Source: Dictyostelium discoideum
Taxonomy: Eukaryota
NCBI GenBank assembly: GCA_000004695.1
Contig: CM000151.3
Location: 4,544,001 to 4,608,000 of the forward strand
DNA length: 64,000 nt
Reading direction: 5' to 3'
Shown in pieces: positions 13,935 through 29,545 of the stretch (its first letter is position 1; each line of letters opens with the position of its first letter). The notes below the pieces were generated by a model. That model saw only the letters and a list, made by a program, of their open reading frames with translations. It was not told the origin of the DNA and did no database searches. Both the position numbers and the translations under genes were made by a program.

Positions 13935-16049
13935 ATGTTTAGTAATGGATTATCAAAATTAATAAAATCCAAAATAGCATCTACATCAATAATTACCACT
14001 AAAAATAATTATTCAATTTCAAAACTATCATTTTCATCAACATCAATTTTATTAAATAAAAAATATAAATTAAGTGAACCATTTAATTATGAACAAGATT
14101 GTGAATATGCATTAAAAGAGCCAATACAATTTTGGGATGAAGTAGCTTCAAAATATGTACATTGGTAAATATATATATTTTTTTATTATTTATTTTTGAA
14201 TAATATATATTTATTTATTTGTTTTTTTTATTATTTTTTTTTTTTATTTTTTATAGGAATAAAAGATATGAAAAAGTTTATAGTGGTGATGAGTATAATC
14301 CAGAATGGTTTAAAGGTGGTGTATTGAATGCATGTTATAATGCATTAGATGTTCATGCAAAGGATCCAATTACAAAGAATAGAATTGCAATCATTCATGA
14401 AACACCATCAAAGAATAATACAAATAAATTGACCTATGGTGAACTTTGGGATGAGGTTTGTATATTTGCAAGGGGATTACATAATTTAGGTGTTGAAAAG
14501 GGTGATAGAGTAGTCATTTATATGCCAATGATTAATCAGGCGTTGATTGCAATGTTGGCATGCGCAAGATTGGGTGCGACACATAGTGTGGTATTTGGTG
14601 GTTTTGCATCACCCCAATTGGCTCAACGTATTGAGCATTTCAAGCCAAAGGTAGTGATATCTGCAAATTTCGGTGTTGAAGGCCACAAGATCAATTGCTA
14701 CACACCACTACTTTCAAAGGCATTAGAACTATCATCACATAAACCAAATCATACCATTGTTTACAATCGTTTGGATGTAAAGTTAGACGCAGGTGAAGTT
14801 TTACCACCAAGAGTTGAGGGATCGTTGGATTGGAGTGAACTAATTAAAAATATTGCACCGTATAGGGACTATGCATTGGTAGATTCGACACACCCATTAT
14901 ACATTCTTTACACCAGTGGTACCACTGGCATGCCAAAAGGTGTCGTTAGGGACACCGGTGGCTACTCAGTGGCTTTGAATTACTCCATTAGAAATTGTTA
15001 TGGTATGAAGAGTGGTGATACATTTTTCGCAGGTTCCGACGTAGGTTGGGTAGTTGGTCATACTTTATCAGTCTACGGTCCATTGATGGTAGGTTTAACA
15101 TCGATCATATTCGAAGGTAAACCAACAGTTCCAGACGCCTCAACCTATTGGAAATTGATTGAAAAGCATCGTGTAAATGCACTATTCTCTGCACCAACAG
15201 CAATTCGTGCAATTCATAGAGATGATGCTGATGGTAAGTTGGCATCAAAATGTGATCTCTCCTCATTGAGATCCATTTGGTTGGGTGGTGAACGTTTGGA
15301 TAGTTCAACATTCAATTTCTTAAGAAACATCACCAACAACAAACCAATCTTGGACAACTATTGGAATACCGAGAGTGGTTCACCATTAATCACCAACCCA
15401 TCATGTCAAGTACCAATCAAAGCAAACGCCACTGGTAAGCCAATGCCAGGTTACCAATTCCATGTACTCTCTCCAACCTCTGAAAGATTGGGTGCCGATA
15501 AAATCGGTGAGGTTTGTATAAAGTTACCAGTTGCACCAGGTTTTACAAATACCCTATACCTAAATCCAGAAGGTTACAAGAATGCTTATCTCAACGAGTA
15601 TCCAGGTTACCTTAGAACCGCCGATTCAGGCTACTACGATGAAAATGGTTATTATCATATCATTTCTAGAGTTGATGATATTATCAATGTTAGTGGTCAC
15701 CGTTTATCAACTGGTTCAATCGAAGAAATCTTAGTTAAACATCCAAAAATAGTAGAATGCGCAGTAATTGGTGTCCACGATGAATTAAAAGGTGAAATAC
15801 CATTTGGTTTGGTAGTTTTAAAACCTCAATATAAAGATTGTGCTGAAGAAGTTGAAAATGAATTAATTAAAGAAGTTAGAGAAAATATTGGTCCTGTCGC
15901 AACCTTTAAAAAAGTTTTATCTGTAAATCGTTTACCAAAAACTCGTAGTGGTAAAATTTTAAGAAATATTTTAAGAAAAATGTATAATAGTAAGTTTTTA
16001 TTTTTTTAATAATTTTTTTATAATTTTTATTTATTTTTTATTAATTAAT

Positions 16050-16090
<41 letters not shown>

Positions 16091-16218
16091 CCTCTCTCTC
16101 TTTGAATCAAACAGAGGAAGAATATACTGTTCCACCAACAATTGAGGATATGGAGGTCCTTAAAGAAATTGATATCGAATTTGAAAAGTATAAACTTTCA
16201 CACCCACCAAAAAAATAG
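13935..16218 (+). CDS. acetyl-/propionyl-CoA synthetase (AMP-forming, ACSS family), mitochondrial-type presequence (exons 13935-14164, 14257-15989, 16115-16218)
   Basis: ACS N-terminal motifs (FWDEVA...HW / NPEWFKGGVLNACYNALDVH), AMP-binding signature YTSGTTGMPKGV, C-terminal LPKTRSGKILRNILRK. GTAAAT donor at 14165 / AG 14256; GTAAGT donor at 15990 / ACAG acceptor 16114. Last exon ...EEYTVPPTIEDMEVLKEIDIEFEKYKLSHPPKK*. The N-terminus is S/T/K-rich, presequence-like. Confidence 0.8.
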
Positions 16219-17298
16219 TTAAATAAAAAAAAATAAAAAAATGATAAAATAAAAAATAATAAAATTAATAATAGTAATAATTTGGTTTTATTTTTATTTC
16301 TTTTCTTTTTAATTTCTCTTTTTAGTGTCATGCTTAATTAAATAATTTTTAAATAATATTTAATTTTGTTTTTTTTTTATTTTACTATTTTTTTAGAAAA
16401 TTAACCACTGATATTTTTTCCTAAAAATAAATATCTATGATATAAAAAATTATTTTGATCAAATTAGAAAAAAAAAAATAAATAAATACAATAAAAAATA
16501 AAAATAAAAAAAAAAAAAATTAATAAAAAAAAAAATAATAAATAATAAATAAAAAAAAAAAATGGAAAAAAAAAACAATAATAATGAATTTTAAATTTAG
16601 AATTTATTTTTTTAAAAAAAAAAAAAAAAAAAGTTAAAAATATTTTAAATTAGAAAGGGGAATTTTAAAATATTAATTTTAATATTTTTTTAAAAATTAA
16701 AAAAAAAAAAAAAAAAAATTTCTAATTTTAATTTCCATTTTTAGACAACTTTTTTTTTAAAAATAAATTCTAATAGGGTCTTGTCTTTTATTTTAAGAAC
16801 TTAAACAAACAAAGCTATTAAATCAAAAAGAATAATTAAAAAAAAAAAAAAAAACTTCAAAACAAAAGGTTTGTTTATTTTTTTCATTTACAAAAAAATA
16901 ACTTATCAATTTTATTTATTTAATTCTTTTTTTTATTTTTTTTATTTTTTATAAAAAAAAAAAAAAAAAAAAAAATCACAAACAAAATTAAAAAACTACA
17001 ACAAAAAAAAAAAATAATAATTTTAAAACACTTTATTAAAATTATTTTGTTTTTGTTTTATTTATTTAAAAAAAAAAAAAAAATAGAAAAATAAATATGT
17101 AAAATAAAAAAAGAAAAAAAAAAAATACCATATAAAATAAAAAAAAAATATTTTTAAAAGAAAAAGAAAAAAAAAAGTTCATCCCTTTATTCTGTAAATA
17201 TATTCAATTCATTTAAATCATTTTATTTTTTTGTTTTTTTTATTTCCAAATATTTTCAATTATTATTATTTATTTTTTTATTTTTTATTTTATATATT

Positions 17299-17336
<38 letters not shown>

Positions 17337-17760
17337 AAAAATTTAATATAAAATTGTAGTTAAACTATTTTACACAATAATGATAAATAAAGTTTGAAAC
17401 AAAAGTGTAATTATAAAAAAATAATTTTTAAACCATTTTTTTTTTTTTTTTTTGGTTTTTTTAAAATAAAATAATTTAATTTTAATCACCCACACATTTA
17501 TCTTCTTTATTAATTAAAGTTTCAGAATTTTAAATACCAAAAAACACACACTCTCAATTACCCCCACCTATCATACATATAACCCATCCTGTTAATTTAA
17601 GAATGTTTCAAATATCACAACATATGGTTTTTAGTCAATTTGATCTTTTCCCACTACCACAACCATAACTACAACTCCTATCTTATTGATTTCATTTTTT
17701 ATTTTAATAATTTTTTTTTTAATTTTTTTGTTAGGCTTTTACCTTTTCTTGCTATTGGTA

Positions 17761-17764
<4 letters not shown>

Positions 17765-17794
<30 letters not shown>
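17765..17794. repeat. (GT)15 dinucleotide microsatellite
   Basis: gtgtgt... run, unusual GC-containing repeat in AT-rich intergenic DNA. Confidence 0.9.
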
Positions 17795-17796
<2 letters not shown>

Positions 17797-18394
17797 GTGT
17801 ATGTATGTTTGTTGTCTCTATAATAATGCTCTATTTCATTATTTTTAATGGAATTTAATAAATTAATTAAATAAAATAAAATAAAAATAAAAAACGATCT
17901 TATCTTTAAATTTAAATAAAGATTCCTAATAAAAAAAATAAAAAAATAAAAAATAAAAAATAAAAAATGTGGTAAATATTGTTATAGTTGTTGGTGTATA
18001 CAATAACTTTATTTTATTTTATTTTTTTTATTATTTATTTAATTTATTTATTTAATTTATTTTCAAAAAAAAAAAAAAAAAAAAATTGTTTTATGGTTTT
18101 TTTTTTTTTTGTTTGTTGGTGTTATAATTATTATTATTATTATTATTATTATTATCAAAGAGGTAAATTAAATAAATTAAATAAAATCTTTAAAAATAAA
18201 AAAAAAAAAAAAATTTATTATTATTTGTTTATTTGATAAAATAAAAAAAAAAATTTATTTAACTGTCTCTTAATTTCATAAAGATATTTTTTTTTTTTTT
18301 TTTTTTAATTATTTTAATTTTTTTTTTTTAATTATTTTAATTTTTTTTTTTTTTTTAAAATTTTTTTTCAAATCAGATTCTTCGTCCGACTGTT

Positions 18395-18427
<33 letters not shown>

Positions 18428-18656
18428 ATTTTTATTATTTTTATTATTTTTTATTATTTTTATTATTTTGTTTTTTTTAATTTACCAATAAGGTAAATAA
18501 AATTTTATTGTATGACATGTTTCTTTTTAAAAGTTAAAAAAAAAATACCTTTTCATATGACAAGTTTATTCTTTTTTCTTTTTTTTTAAATTAGTTTAAT
18601 TATTAAAAAAATTATTTTTTTTATGATATCCAAAAATATCGACCCTATTTGCACCT

Positions 18657-18697
<41 letters not shown>

Positions 18698-19009
18698 CCC
18701 AATTCCTCTTTTTTATTTTGTTTTATTTTTTTTAATTTTTTTTTTTAAAAAATATCACCACCCCAAAACCAAAAAAGATTTTTATTAACACACTTTTATT
18801 TTATATATTTAGTTAGCAATAGTAATAATAGTAATAATAGTAAATTTTTTATTTTTTTATTTTTTTATTTTTTTATTTTTTTTTTTTTATTTAAATTATA
18901 GAAAATAAAAAAAAGTCAATATATATATTTAAAAAAAAACAAAAAAACAAAAAAAATAAAAAAAAATATCAGTAATAATCTTTATATACAATAATAATAA
19001 TAATAAAAA

Positions 19010-19085
<76 letters not shown>

Positions 19086-19184
19086 TTAAGGGATATTAAC
19101 CGTTTTTGTATCTATTGCAAATTCGTTTTTCCCAAATTCTAAAAAAAACAAAAAAAAAAAAAAAAAAAAAAAAAAACTAATAAA

Positions 19185-20306
19185 ATGAGTTCACCACACA
19201 TTGAACTTCACTCACAAAGAACATTATCTCCCCAACCAAGTTCAAATAATTTTGAATTGACAGGAAATAAAAGTTGTGCATTATCAGCTTCTTTAAATGG
19301 TTCCATAGATGATTTAAATAATAACAATAATAACAATAACAATAACAATAACAATAACAATAACAATAACAATAACAATAACAATAACAATAACAATAAC
19401 AATAATAATAACAATAACAATAACAATAATAATGACGGCGATAAAAACGATAAAAAATTACTTATTATAACAAATGCACCAACACCACCATTAACACCTC
19501 CACAACCCACAAAAACACAACAAACATTACTAGAATTAAACCAAAAATTTCAAGAGCAACAACAACAGCAACAACAACAACAACAATTACAAAAACAGAA
19601 TAAACAACAACAATCACAAAAACAACAAGAAGAACCACCATCATCACAACAAGAAGAACCACCATTATCACAACAACAACAAGAACAAGAACAAGAACAA
19701 GAACAAGAACAAGAACAAGAAGAACAATCAAAACAAAAAATAGAAGGAAAAGGAGGGGGAGGAGAGGAAGAGGAGTGTGAAGGAGGAGGAGGAGGAGAGG
19801 GAGAGGGAGAGGAGCAATTTAAAGAGGGTGATGAGGAAGAACACGAGGGTATTGAAATTGATCCAAATCTACCAACAACTGGATATACTGGTAAACGAAG
19901 ATCATCATTACAAATCAATGAAGCATCACCAAAATTAATACAAACACCATCAGTAGATAGAACATTATGTATATTAGATTCATTACCATGTCCAATCTTT
20001 CAAATTGGTATCATTGAGAATACAGAGAATGGTAATATTACATTGACTGGTTTTGCAAATGAAAGATTAACAACACTCTTATCATGTTCATCCAATCTAT
20101 TAGTAGACTCTTTAAAATCAATTCCATCACCACACTACAATACTGTACCATCATTAGAAAGTTGTAATTCAATCCCAATAAATAATTTAGCACCTGGTCT
20201 ATTACCAAATACTGATCCAACAAAAATATTAGATCCATATATTTCATTATATAATAAAAAACAATTAAAAGAACGTTATAGTAATAATAATAATAATACT
20301 AATACC

Positions 20307-20377
<71 letters not shown>

Positions 20378-20460
20378 TACCACTACTACCACCACCACTA
20401 CCACAACTACCACCACTACCACTACAACGACCACTACCACAACAACAACAAATGAGTCTG

Positions 20461-20533
<73 letters not shown>

Positions 20534-23500
20534 AGAAATTAAACAAAATACAAAAGAGGGTGAGGAAATATTACATGAATCAACAAATTCAACTGGTACA
20601 GGTAATTCAATATCAAGACCAAATTCAATATTACAATGTATATTGGATTCATTTCATGAACAAAAAACAATAACCGAGAAAGTATTATTAAGTAACTTTT
20701 TAATTAGACAACAATATAAGAGTAGAGCTACAATTAAACCATTCCCAGATGGTTGTATTTGTATATTTGAATATATTGAAAATATAAATTTAAATTATCA
20801 ACAACCACCAACTTCATTAAATGATAGAATTAATTCAACAAATAAATTAACAAATGAAATGGAGCTATTATCATTATCACCAGACTCTAATCATCAACAT
20901 GTTCAAAAATTACATAATCATAATCATAATCATCATAATCATAATCATAATAATACTACACAACGAGCATCATCAACTGATTCACCATTTATTCATTCTG
21001 TATCAGCAAATTCACTTTCATCAATGTCATCAAATTCATCTGTAACATCTGCATGTGCATCATTAAGTAGTAATAGTAGTAGTAATAGTAATAATAATAG
21101 TAATAATGCAAGTAGTAGTAATTGTAGTAGTAATGCAAATAGTAATAATACAAATAGTAGTAGTAGTAATTGTTGTTGTTGTTGTAATAATAATAATAAT
21201 AATAATACATCATCAACATCATCAACAATATCAAGTGCATCATCAACAAAATCAAAATCATATTTACATCAACAACATAAGAATTCAAAAGTTTATTCAA
21301 CTTTATTGAATAGTTTTGAGAATTTATCATTTTTATTAAAATCAACACCAATTATAATTTGGAGAGCTGATCATAATGGTGAGATGGTATTCTTTAAGAA
21401 ATCCGATGAGATTCCAATAGATGAAAAGAAAGTTGTTGGTAATAATTTTCAAGATTTCTTACAATGGGTACCCCAAACCTATCGTACCAATTTCCAAGAG
21501 ATGTTTCAAAACAGTTTAAAGTGTGGTAAGATTTTCGAATTCTTATTTTGGTTTCAAACACCTCAGAATTATGTTCAACTATTTAAAATCGCAGGTTATC
21601 CAATATTTCATATTGATGGTAAAGATTGTATTGCTTCAAAGAGATACCTAATCGGTTGGTTAGGTGTTACCTATAATTATCTAATTAATGATGGTGCTGA
21701 AATCTCAATTAAAGGTTCTGCAAATTTAGATAGTATGTATGAAAAATTTAAAATCATTTATGAAATGCCAAATATTGAACGTACAAAATTAACAAATAAT
21801 GGTATATCAAGTGGTGGTGATATAACTAACGCCAACAACAATGGTGGTTCAAGTGAATCTTCAAATAAAATATTGGAAAAGAAAAAACATTTAATTTCTG
21901 AGGCTGAAAAAGAATGTTTTTTAAAATGTAAAGAAACTTATAATATCCTATTTAAATTATCATTACTTGGTGTAATGTTTTCAACTTTTAAAGGTATAAT
22001 TTTAGATGCAAATGATATGTTATTACAGACAATTGGATATACTAGAGGTGATTTAGAGAATGGTAAAATCGATTGGATGTTATTGACTCCACCAGAACAT
22101 TTTGAAATTTCAGCTAGAGCATTACAAGAGTTGAAGGCAAAGAGATGGTGTCAACCAATTGAGAAGGCGTATATACATAAGAGTGGCAAGAGGGTACCAG
22201 TGTTGATTACATCCGCTATGATCGATGGTAGTACTGAACAGTGTATAACATTTGTGTTTGATTTAAGTAGATATAGACAAGCTGAGATGGCAGCGATTGA
22301 AGCAACCAGATTAAAGACTCAATTCATTACAAATATTTCCCACGAGTTACGTACACCCTGTCATGGTATAGTTGGTATGAGCCAATTGCTATTGGATTCA
22401 CAATTGACCAATACGCAACGTGATAATATAGATTCAATTAAACGGTCTACAGATTCATTGATATCGTTGATCAATGATATACTGGATTTCAGCAAGTTGG
22501 AGTATGGTAAAGTTACATTGGAGAATGAGTCATTCGAATTGTTGCCAATGATTGAGGAAGTGTTGGACTCTCAAGCCACAGCTGCCAATCGAAAAGGCAT
22601 AGATTTGATATTCGTCATGGGTCGTGACTATCCAGTGCCTCCGGTTATATTTGGTGATAGAAATTCATTGAAAAAGGTGTTATTGAATTTGGTTGGAAAT
22701 GCTGTGAAATTCACAGAGACCGGTTTCGTGCTATTGGAGATCTCTACCGATTATGAAAGTGGCGATCAAATCTCCTTGCGTTTCACAGTTAAAGACAGTG
22801 GTATTGGTATACCCGAGAATAAGATCGAGCAGATTTTCGTGCCATTTGGTCAAATTGACGGTTCATTCAGTAGGAAATACGGTGGCTCCGGATTGGGTCT
22901 ATCTTTCTGCAAAGAACTAGTCGCGTTGATGGGTGGCTATATTCGGGTGGAGAGCGGCGATCAAGAGGGTGGCAAAGGCACGACCTTTTGGTTCGCAATT
23001 AAAGTTTCCATCTCGTCACCTTCTTACCTACCAAATAGTGTTCCCGCAGCTAACCAATTCTTTTATCCTGAATATAGACCATCACATTATAACAATGTCA
23101 TTGGTAATGGTGATTCACCAAAGAATGTACTAATCATTGAATCCAATCAAATGGTAATCATGTCGATCCAATCGATCCTTCTCTCAATGAAATGTGAATG
23201 TATTAGTGCATCCAAAGCAATCACAGCATTAGATCTATTGGAATCATCAAAATCAACTGAAAATCAAATCGATATCATAGTTTGTTCAGATAAATCAACA
23301 TTTGTTCAACAAATTCTAGATTATGTAACCACTGAAAAAGTCATACTCTATGGTGTTGATCCAAATTCAAAATATAATGAAAATTCAAAAGTTTACTCTT
23401 ATTTAGTTACACCAATAACTCATTCAAAATTAATTTCTTCAATTTTACTTTCAAAAAATTTAAAATCAAAAAATTCATTTTTAACAACAACAAATAATAC

Positions 23501-24200
23501 AAATAATACAAATAATACAAATAATATTGAAAATAAATCATCAATTGATTCACCATTATCAATAACTTCAACTTCATCTTCAATTATAACTCCAATTTTA
23601 ACTTCAAATAATTTAGATTTAAATAATAATAATAATAATAATAATAATTCAATTTTAGTTTCAAATAATGGTGGTGTTGATGGTGGAAATAATGTTCCAT
23701 CAACATTAACAACAATTCAACAAAGTCAACCAAAGAAATATATTTTAGTTGCAGAAGATAATGATATTAATATTAAAGTTGTAGTTAGACAATTGGAAAA
23801 GTTAGGATATACTGCAATTGTTGGAATTAATGGATTGAAAGCTTTGGAAATAATTGGAAGTTTTCCAATTTGTTTAATACTTTTAGATTGTCAAATGCCT
23901 CAAATGGATGGTTTCACATGTTCCACTATTTTACGTCAAATTGAACCAACTGGTCAACGTATACCAATCATTGCAATGACTGCAAATGACTCAAAGGATA
24001 GATGTTTCGAAGTTGGTATGGATGATTATCTCTCAAAACCTGTCAGAGTTGATAGACTTCAAAAAACTTTATCCGATTGGATTAAAACTGATGAAAATGG
24101 TAATCCAACAAATTCTTATAATTTTTATCCATTATCTTATTCTTTGGTTTATAATAATTTTATTGATACTCAATTAAAAAAAGAAAAGAATGACGATTAA
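19185..24200 (+). CDS. dokA: hybrid sensor histidine kinase (HisKA + HATPase_c + receiver), 1671 aa, single exon
   Basis: H-box FITNISHELRTPCHGIVGM, N-box LLNLVGNAVKFTETG, G1 DSGIGIP, G2 GGSGLGLSFCKELV, receiver ILVAEDNDINIKVV...ILLDCQMPQMDGF...DDYLSKPV. Long poly-N/Q/T low-complexity N-terminal half. The symbol is tentative: I recall the Dictyostelium osmosensing hybrid kinase DokA as 1671 aa, but cannot verify this without a database. Confidence 0.85.
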
Positions 24201-24794
24201 AAAATAAATAAAAAAAAAAAAAGGAAACTATACTTATAAAAAATAATAATGCATTTGTAAATAAAAAAAAAAATAAAAAATAAAAATAAAAAAAACTATT
24301 TTTTTATTTGTATATATTCTTTAATAAATTGAATTAAATTTTATTTTATATTATTTACTTTATAAAAACAATAATTTCAATTAAACAAATTAATAATATC
24401 TCATGATTAATAATTAATTAAATAAAAAAAAAAAAAAATTTTTTTTAAACATCATTTAGTTTTTTAATTTTTTTTAAAAAAAAAAAAAAAAACCTAATTA
24501 TAATAATAATAAAAATAATAAAAAATATACCTATTTGAAAACAAAGTAATAATTTTAAGGGTTTTAATTTAAAAATCGATTTTTTTTTTTTTTTTATTTA
24601 TTATTTTAAATATGTTTAAAGAATTTTTAAAGATATTTTTAATATTAATTATTGTAATTTACAATTTTGAAAAAAAAAAATTAAATTCGGACTATATATG
24701 TCATAAATATATTATTTTTAGATTTTATTCTTGTTTTTGTTCTCTCCTCACATATGTACCCTCTATCAACATCTTTTTAAATCTCCCAATTATT

Positions 24795-24829
<35 letters not shown>

Positions 24830-25509
24830 TTTTTTTATTTTTTTATATCAATAAAAATTTTCAATTTGATTGTAACTATCACACATATTTTCGCACATGT
24901 TATTTATAACATTTTTACCTACCTAGTAAAACTTTATTTTTTTTTTTATTTTTTTTTATTTTTTTTTTTTATATTAATATTTTATTTAATATATATTTTT
25001 ATTTTATTTTTAACAGCACCAGTTTAAATAATCACACACACAAACACACTCACAAATTTTATTTTATTTTTATTTTTATTTTTATTTATTTTTATTTTTT
25101 TTTCTTATTTCAACACCACCCTTTTTTTTTTTTTTTTTTATTTTTTTTTTATTTTTTTTTTTTTCCTTTTGTTTTCAAAAAATTATTAATTATCTACAAA
25201 TAAAAAAAAAACTTATTTAAAAAAAAAAAAAAAAAACAACCAACAACAACTTATATTTCTATAAAGATATAATCATATAAAATTTTTTAATTTTAATTAA
25301 AAATTATAAAATAAATTAATATTTCAAATTAATTCGCCTCAATTTCAATTTCAGTTTTTTTTTTTTTAATCACTTTTTTTTAATTCTCCATTAAATTATT
25401 TATTTAATAATAAAAAAAAAAAAAAAAAAATAAAAAATAACGCACACATATTAAAAAAAAAAAAAAAAAAAGGATTAATCATCGATAAGGATTTAAAAAT
25501 TATAATAAA

Positions 25510-25828
25510 ATGGTTAAAGAATATGTATCAGCACTTAGTAAAGCATCAGTTTCAATATTGATGTTTTTATCATTTTTATTTATTTTAAAAATATCATATA
25601 TCTATATTTATGAAAAAAAGAAATCAACAGCAGCGACTGTCAAAAAACTTATACACTTTTTCGTGTTTATATATATTTTATTAATTATGATTTTAAATTA
25701 TATTCAATTTGAAATTTATTATTATAATCCCGCAATTTGGACCATTTTTTATAAAGTAATTTATAATATTTGTGGTTTCTTATTTACTTCATCATTTATT
25801 TTATTATTAACTTATTGGTATGTATTAT

Positions 25829-25863
<35 letters not shown>

Positions 25864-26952
25864 ACAATAAATTATAACCATATATAATAAATTTTAATTT
25901 TAATTTTAATTTCATTTTAATTTAATTTAATTTTATTTTATTTTATTTTATTATAAAAAAAAAGGATTGGTATGATAACAGATATTTTTCAAATTAGAAA
26001 AGGAGCAATTTTTACAAAATATACTGGACCTGTGTTTATGGTAGTTCAATTCACCAATTTTGTTATTAAACTATTAACAATTATTTCAAATGCACGTCTT
26101 TTTTATTTACAAACTCGTTTGGATTTAGAAAAAGCTTCAATTTATTATGATTTCTTTGTGAATATATTTGTATTAATAATTTTAGTAGTATTTATTGTGG
26201 TTAATTTATATATTTTCAATAAAAAAGTTAGAAGAAGAATTGTATGTATATTTCTAATAATAATATAATAATTAATTTTAAAATTCTAATAATTTTTTTT
26301 TTTTTTTTTATTAATTTATTTATTTATTTTTTTTTTTCAGAAAATATTTACAGTAATTGCAGCAATTGTTGGTTTAACATTCTTTGTGTTAACATTAATT
26401 CGTGTATTTATTTATTATGATAGTGATAGATACAGTTTTGCAACATTAATATTAGTATCTGCATTATGTTTAGAAGTTATCTTTGTTATTTATCCAATTA
26501 GAATAGATGTTATAAAGAATAAACATATTAATAAATTCTTTGGTTTATTCTATATTGGTTATTCAAAGGAAACCAAACAAGAGACCCATAGCTCTTATAA
26601 GAAATCACACCACCCAGGTGGTGCAGCTCATAATGATGCTGTTCATAATGAAAAAGAAACTGTAATTTCAATGGATGATCTAACATCACTTACAAGTACC
26701 ACCTGTACAAATACAAGTACAAATACAACTACAACAATAAATAATAATAATAACAATAATAATAACAACAACAATAATAATAATAAAGGTGCAGGAGATT
26801 ACACAAATACAACAAACACTGCAACCTCGCCACTTGAAAGTCAATCTTTAAATACAAATTCAACACCAAATACTTGCACTGATTCGATTGATAATAATAG
26901 TAATTTACAACCACACCATGAAATATCAATTAATCCTCCAAACGAATTGAAT

Positions 26953-26958
<6 letters not shown>
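25510..26958 (+). CDS. multi-pass (about 7 TM) membrane protein with Asn/Thr-rich C-terminal tail (exons 25510-25817, 25965-26241, 26341-26958)
   Basis: Three ORFs in a consistent frame are joined by GTATGT donors (25818, 26242) and AG acceptors (25964, 26340). Multiple hydrophobic helices. Tail with N14 run and S/T-rich region. Confidence 0.6.
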
Positions 26959-27032
<74 letters not shown>

Positions 27033-27158
27033 ACCTGTTTCCTAATCATTTTTTTTTTTAATGCGTATCCTTTTTTTAATAAATATAGGTAATTAAAAAA
27101 AATAAAAAAAAAAAAAATAAAATAAAAAAAAACAATGAAAAAAAATATCTTTCTTTTT

Positions 27159-27191
<33 letters not shown>

Positions 27192-27491
27192 AGAATTGTA
27201 ATATGATAAAAAAATGTCGATTAATTTTCAAATAAATAAATATCTAAAATTTTTAATTTTTTTTTTTTTAATTTAATTTCATTTCTGGTCAAATTTTGAT
27301 TTTAATTTTTTAATTTTTTAATTTTTTTTTTTTTTTTTTTGATTTTTTAATTTTTTGATTTTTCATTATAAAAAAAAAAAAAAAAAAAAATTAAATTTCT
27401 TTCATAATCTATTTAAATATTATACATATATATCTATAATTGTAATAATAAATAAATAATAAATAAATAAAATTTTTTTTTTTTTTTTAAA

Positions 27492-28853
27492 ATGAGTAAA
27501 CAATTTGAAAGCGTTCAAGCTACATTAGAAAAGTATATTCCAGCAGAGGAATTATCAGAAGTTAAAAGAATTCTTTATGGTTATAATAGAGGTCACCATG
27601 TCAAATCACTTCCAATTTGTCAAGAAGCTTTAGATTTAGCAAATAAAAATAATTTTGAAATTGTTGCTTCAAAGTAAATATATATATATTTTTTTTTTAA
27701 TTATAAAATTAAAATATTAAAATATTAAAATAATTAAAATGATTAAAATAATCTAGAGTTGAAGCAGATCCAGAACAATTAAGAAAACCAAGAATTGTTA
27801 GATTAGGTATTATTCAAAATTCAATTGGTGCTGAAACTACTGCACCAATCCAAGATCAATATTTAGCAATTGAAGCAAAGATTGAAAAAATGATCGATGC
27901 TGCTGGTGCTATGGGTGTAAATGTTTTATGTCTCCAAGAAACATGGCGTATGTAATTAATGTTTTTTTTTTTTTTTTTTTTATTTTTTTTTTTTTTATTT
28001 TTAATTTTTTTAAAAAAAAAATCTTTTATTAATTGATTTTTTTTAAATAGATATGCCATTTGCATTTTGTACAAGAGAGAAATATCCATGGGTTGAATTT
28101 GCAGAATCAGCAAGTACAGGACAATCAATTAAATTCATTCAAAGAATGGCTAGAAAATATAATATGGTAATTATTTCACCAATGTTAGAGAGAGATGATG
28201 TTCATGCAAGTACAATTCATAATACTGCCGTTGTAGTTGGTAATAATGGTAATATCATTGGAAAGAGTAGAAAGAATCATATCCCAAGAACTGGTGATTT
28301 CAATGAGTCAACCTATTATATGGAATCGACATTGGGTCATCCAGTGTTTGAGACTATTTATGGAAAGATTGCAATCAACATTTGTTATGGTCGTCATCAT
28401 AATTTGAATTGGTTAGCCTATGGTTTGAATGGTGCTGAAATCGTTTTTAATCCATCCGCTACCGTGGGTGAATTATCTGAACCAATGTGGGGTGTCGAAG
28501 CTAGAAATGCAGCAATGACCAATAACTATTTCGTTGGTTCAATCAATCGTGTTGGAACTGAACATTTCCCAAATGAATTCACCAGTGGTAATGGTAAACC
28601 TGCTCATAAAGATTTCGGTCATTTCTATGGTAGTTCTTATTTCAGTTCACCTGATAATTGTTGTACTCCTTCACTCTCTCGTGTCTCTGATGGTTTAAAT
28701 ATCTCTGAAGTCGACTTAAACCTTTGTCAACAAGTAAAAGATAAATGGAATTTCCAAATGACTGCTCGTTATGAATTATACGCAAAATTCTTAACAGATT
28801 ACATTAATCCAAATTATCAACCAAATATTATTAAAGATCCATCTATGAAATAA
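27492..28853 (+). CDS. pyd3: beta-ureidopropionase / beta-alanine synthase (carbon-nitrogen hydrolase family) (exons 27492-27673, 27757-27947, 28051-28853)
   Basis: Near-collinear with animal beta-ureidopropionase: [110 protein letters not shown] and GTATGT donors; AG acceptors at 27756 and 28050. Confidence 0.85.
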
Positions 28854-29545
28854 TTGTATTAAAATAAAAAATAAATAAATAAAATAATTATAATAAAATA
28901 TTATAAAATATATAATAAAATATATAAAAAAAAAGAATAACAAATATTAAAAAAAAAAAAAAAAAAAAATTAAGATTTCATAATTTTTAAATCTTCATTT
29001 TTTTTTTTTTTTTTTGAAGTCTTACCAAATATATAATAATTTGTATTATAATTTTTTAGGTAAAATATAATATTTTTATTATTTGAAAAAAAAAAAAAAT
29101 AAAATAATCTATAAATTTCATTTTTAATATTACTATAAGTTTAATTGTTGGGTATTACCTTTTTATCAAAGAAAGGAAATGAAAATGAAAAAAAAAAAAA
29201 AAAAAAAAAATATAGATTTAAAAAAAAAATAATTCATCATAATAGATATAAATTGTGTGGTTTATTTGTTTGTGTTATGATATTATTTTTTTTTTATTTT
29301 TTTTTTTTATTTTTTTTTTAAATTTTACAGTAATAAAGAATTCTTATAATAATTTTAAAAAAAATGTAAAAAAAAATTTTTAATATAAATAGTAGAAATA
29401 ATTAATTTTTTATTATTTAATTTAAATAAACAAGAAAATAATTAATTTTCCAGTTTCCTTTTTTTTTTTTTTTTAATTTATTTATTAAATATTTTTTAAC
29501 ATATATACAGAATAATAATTTTAAAAATTTAATATTATTGAAAAA

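Noticed and set aside
16107-16331. Minus-strand 74-aa ORF overlapping the last exon of the acyl-CoA synthetase gene
   Set aside because: The plus strand here gives the conserved ACS C-terminus in the correct splice phase; the minus ORF is an AT-rich chance frame.
19208-19918. Three minus-strand ORFs (100, 88 and 122 aa; poly-L, poly-V, Cys/Ser-rich) overlapping the 5' end of the histidine-kinase gene
   Set aside because: They are antisense translations of the (AAC/AAT)n and (CAA/GAA)n codon repeats of the kinase gene. They are pure homopolymeric peptides with no start context.
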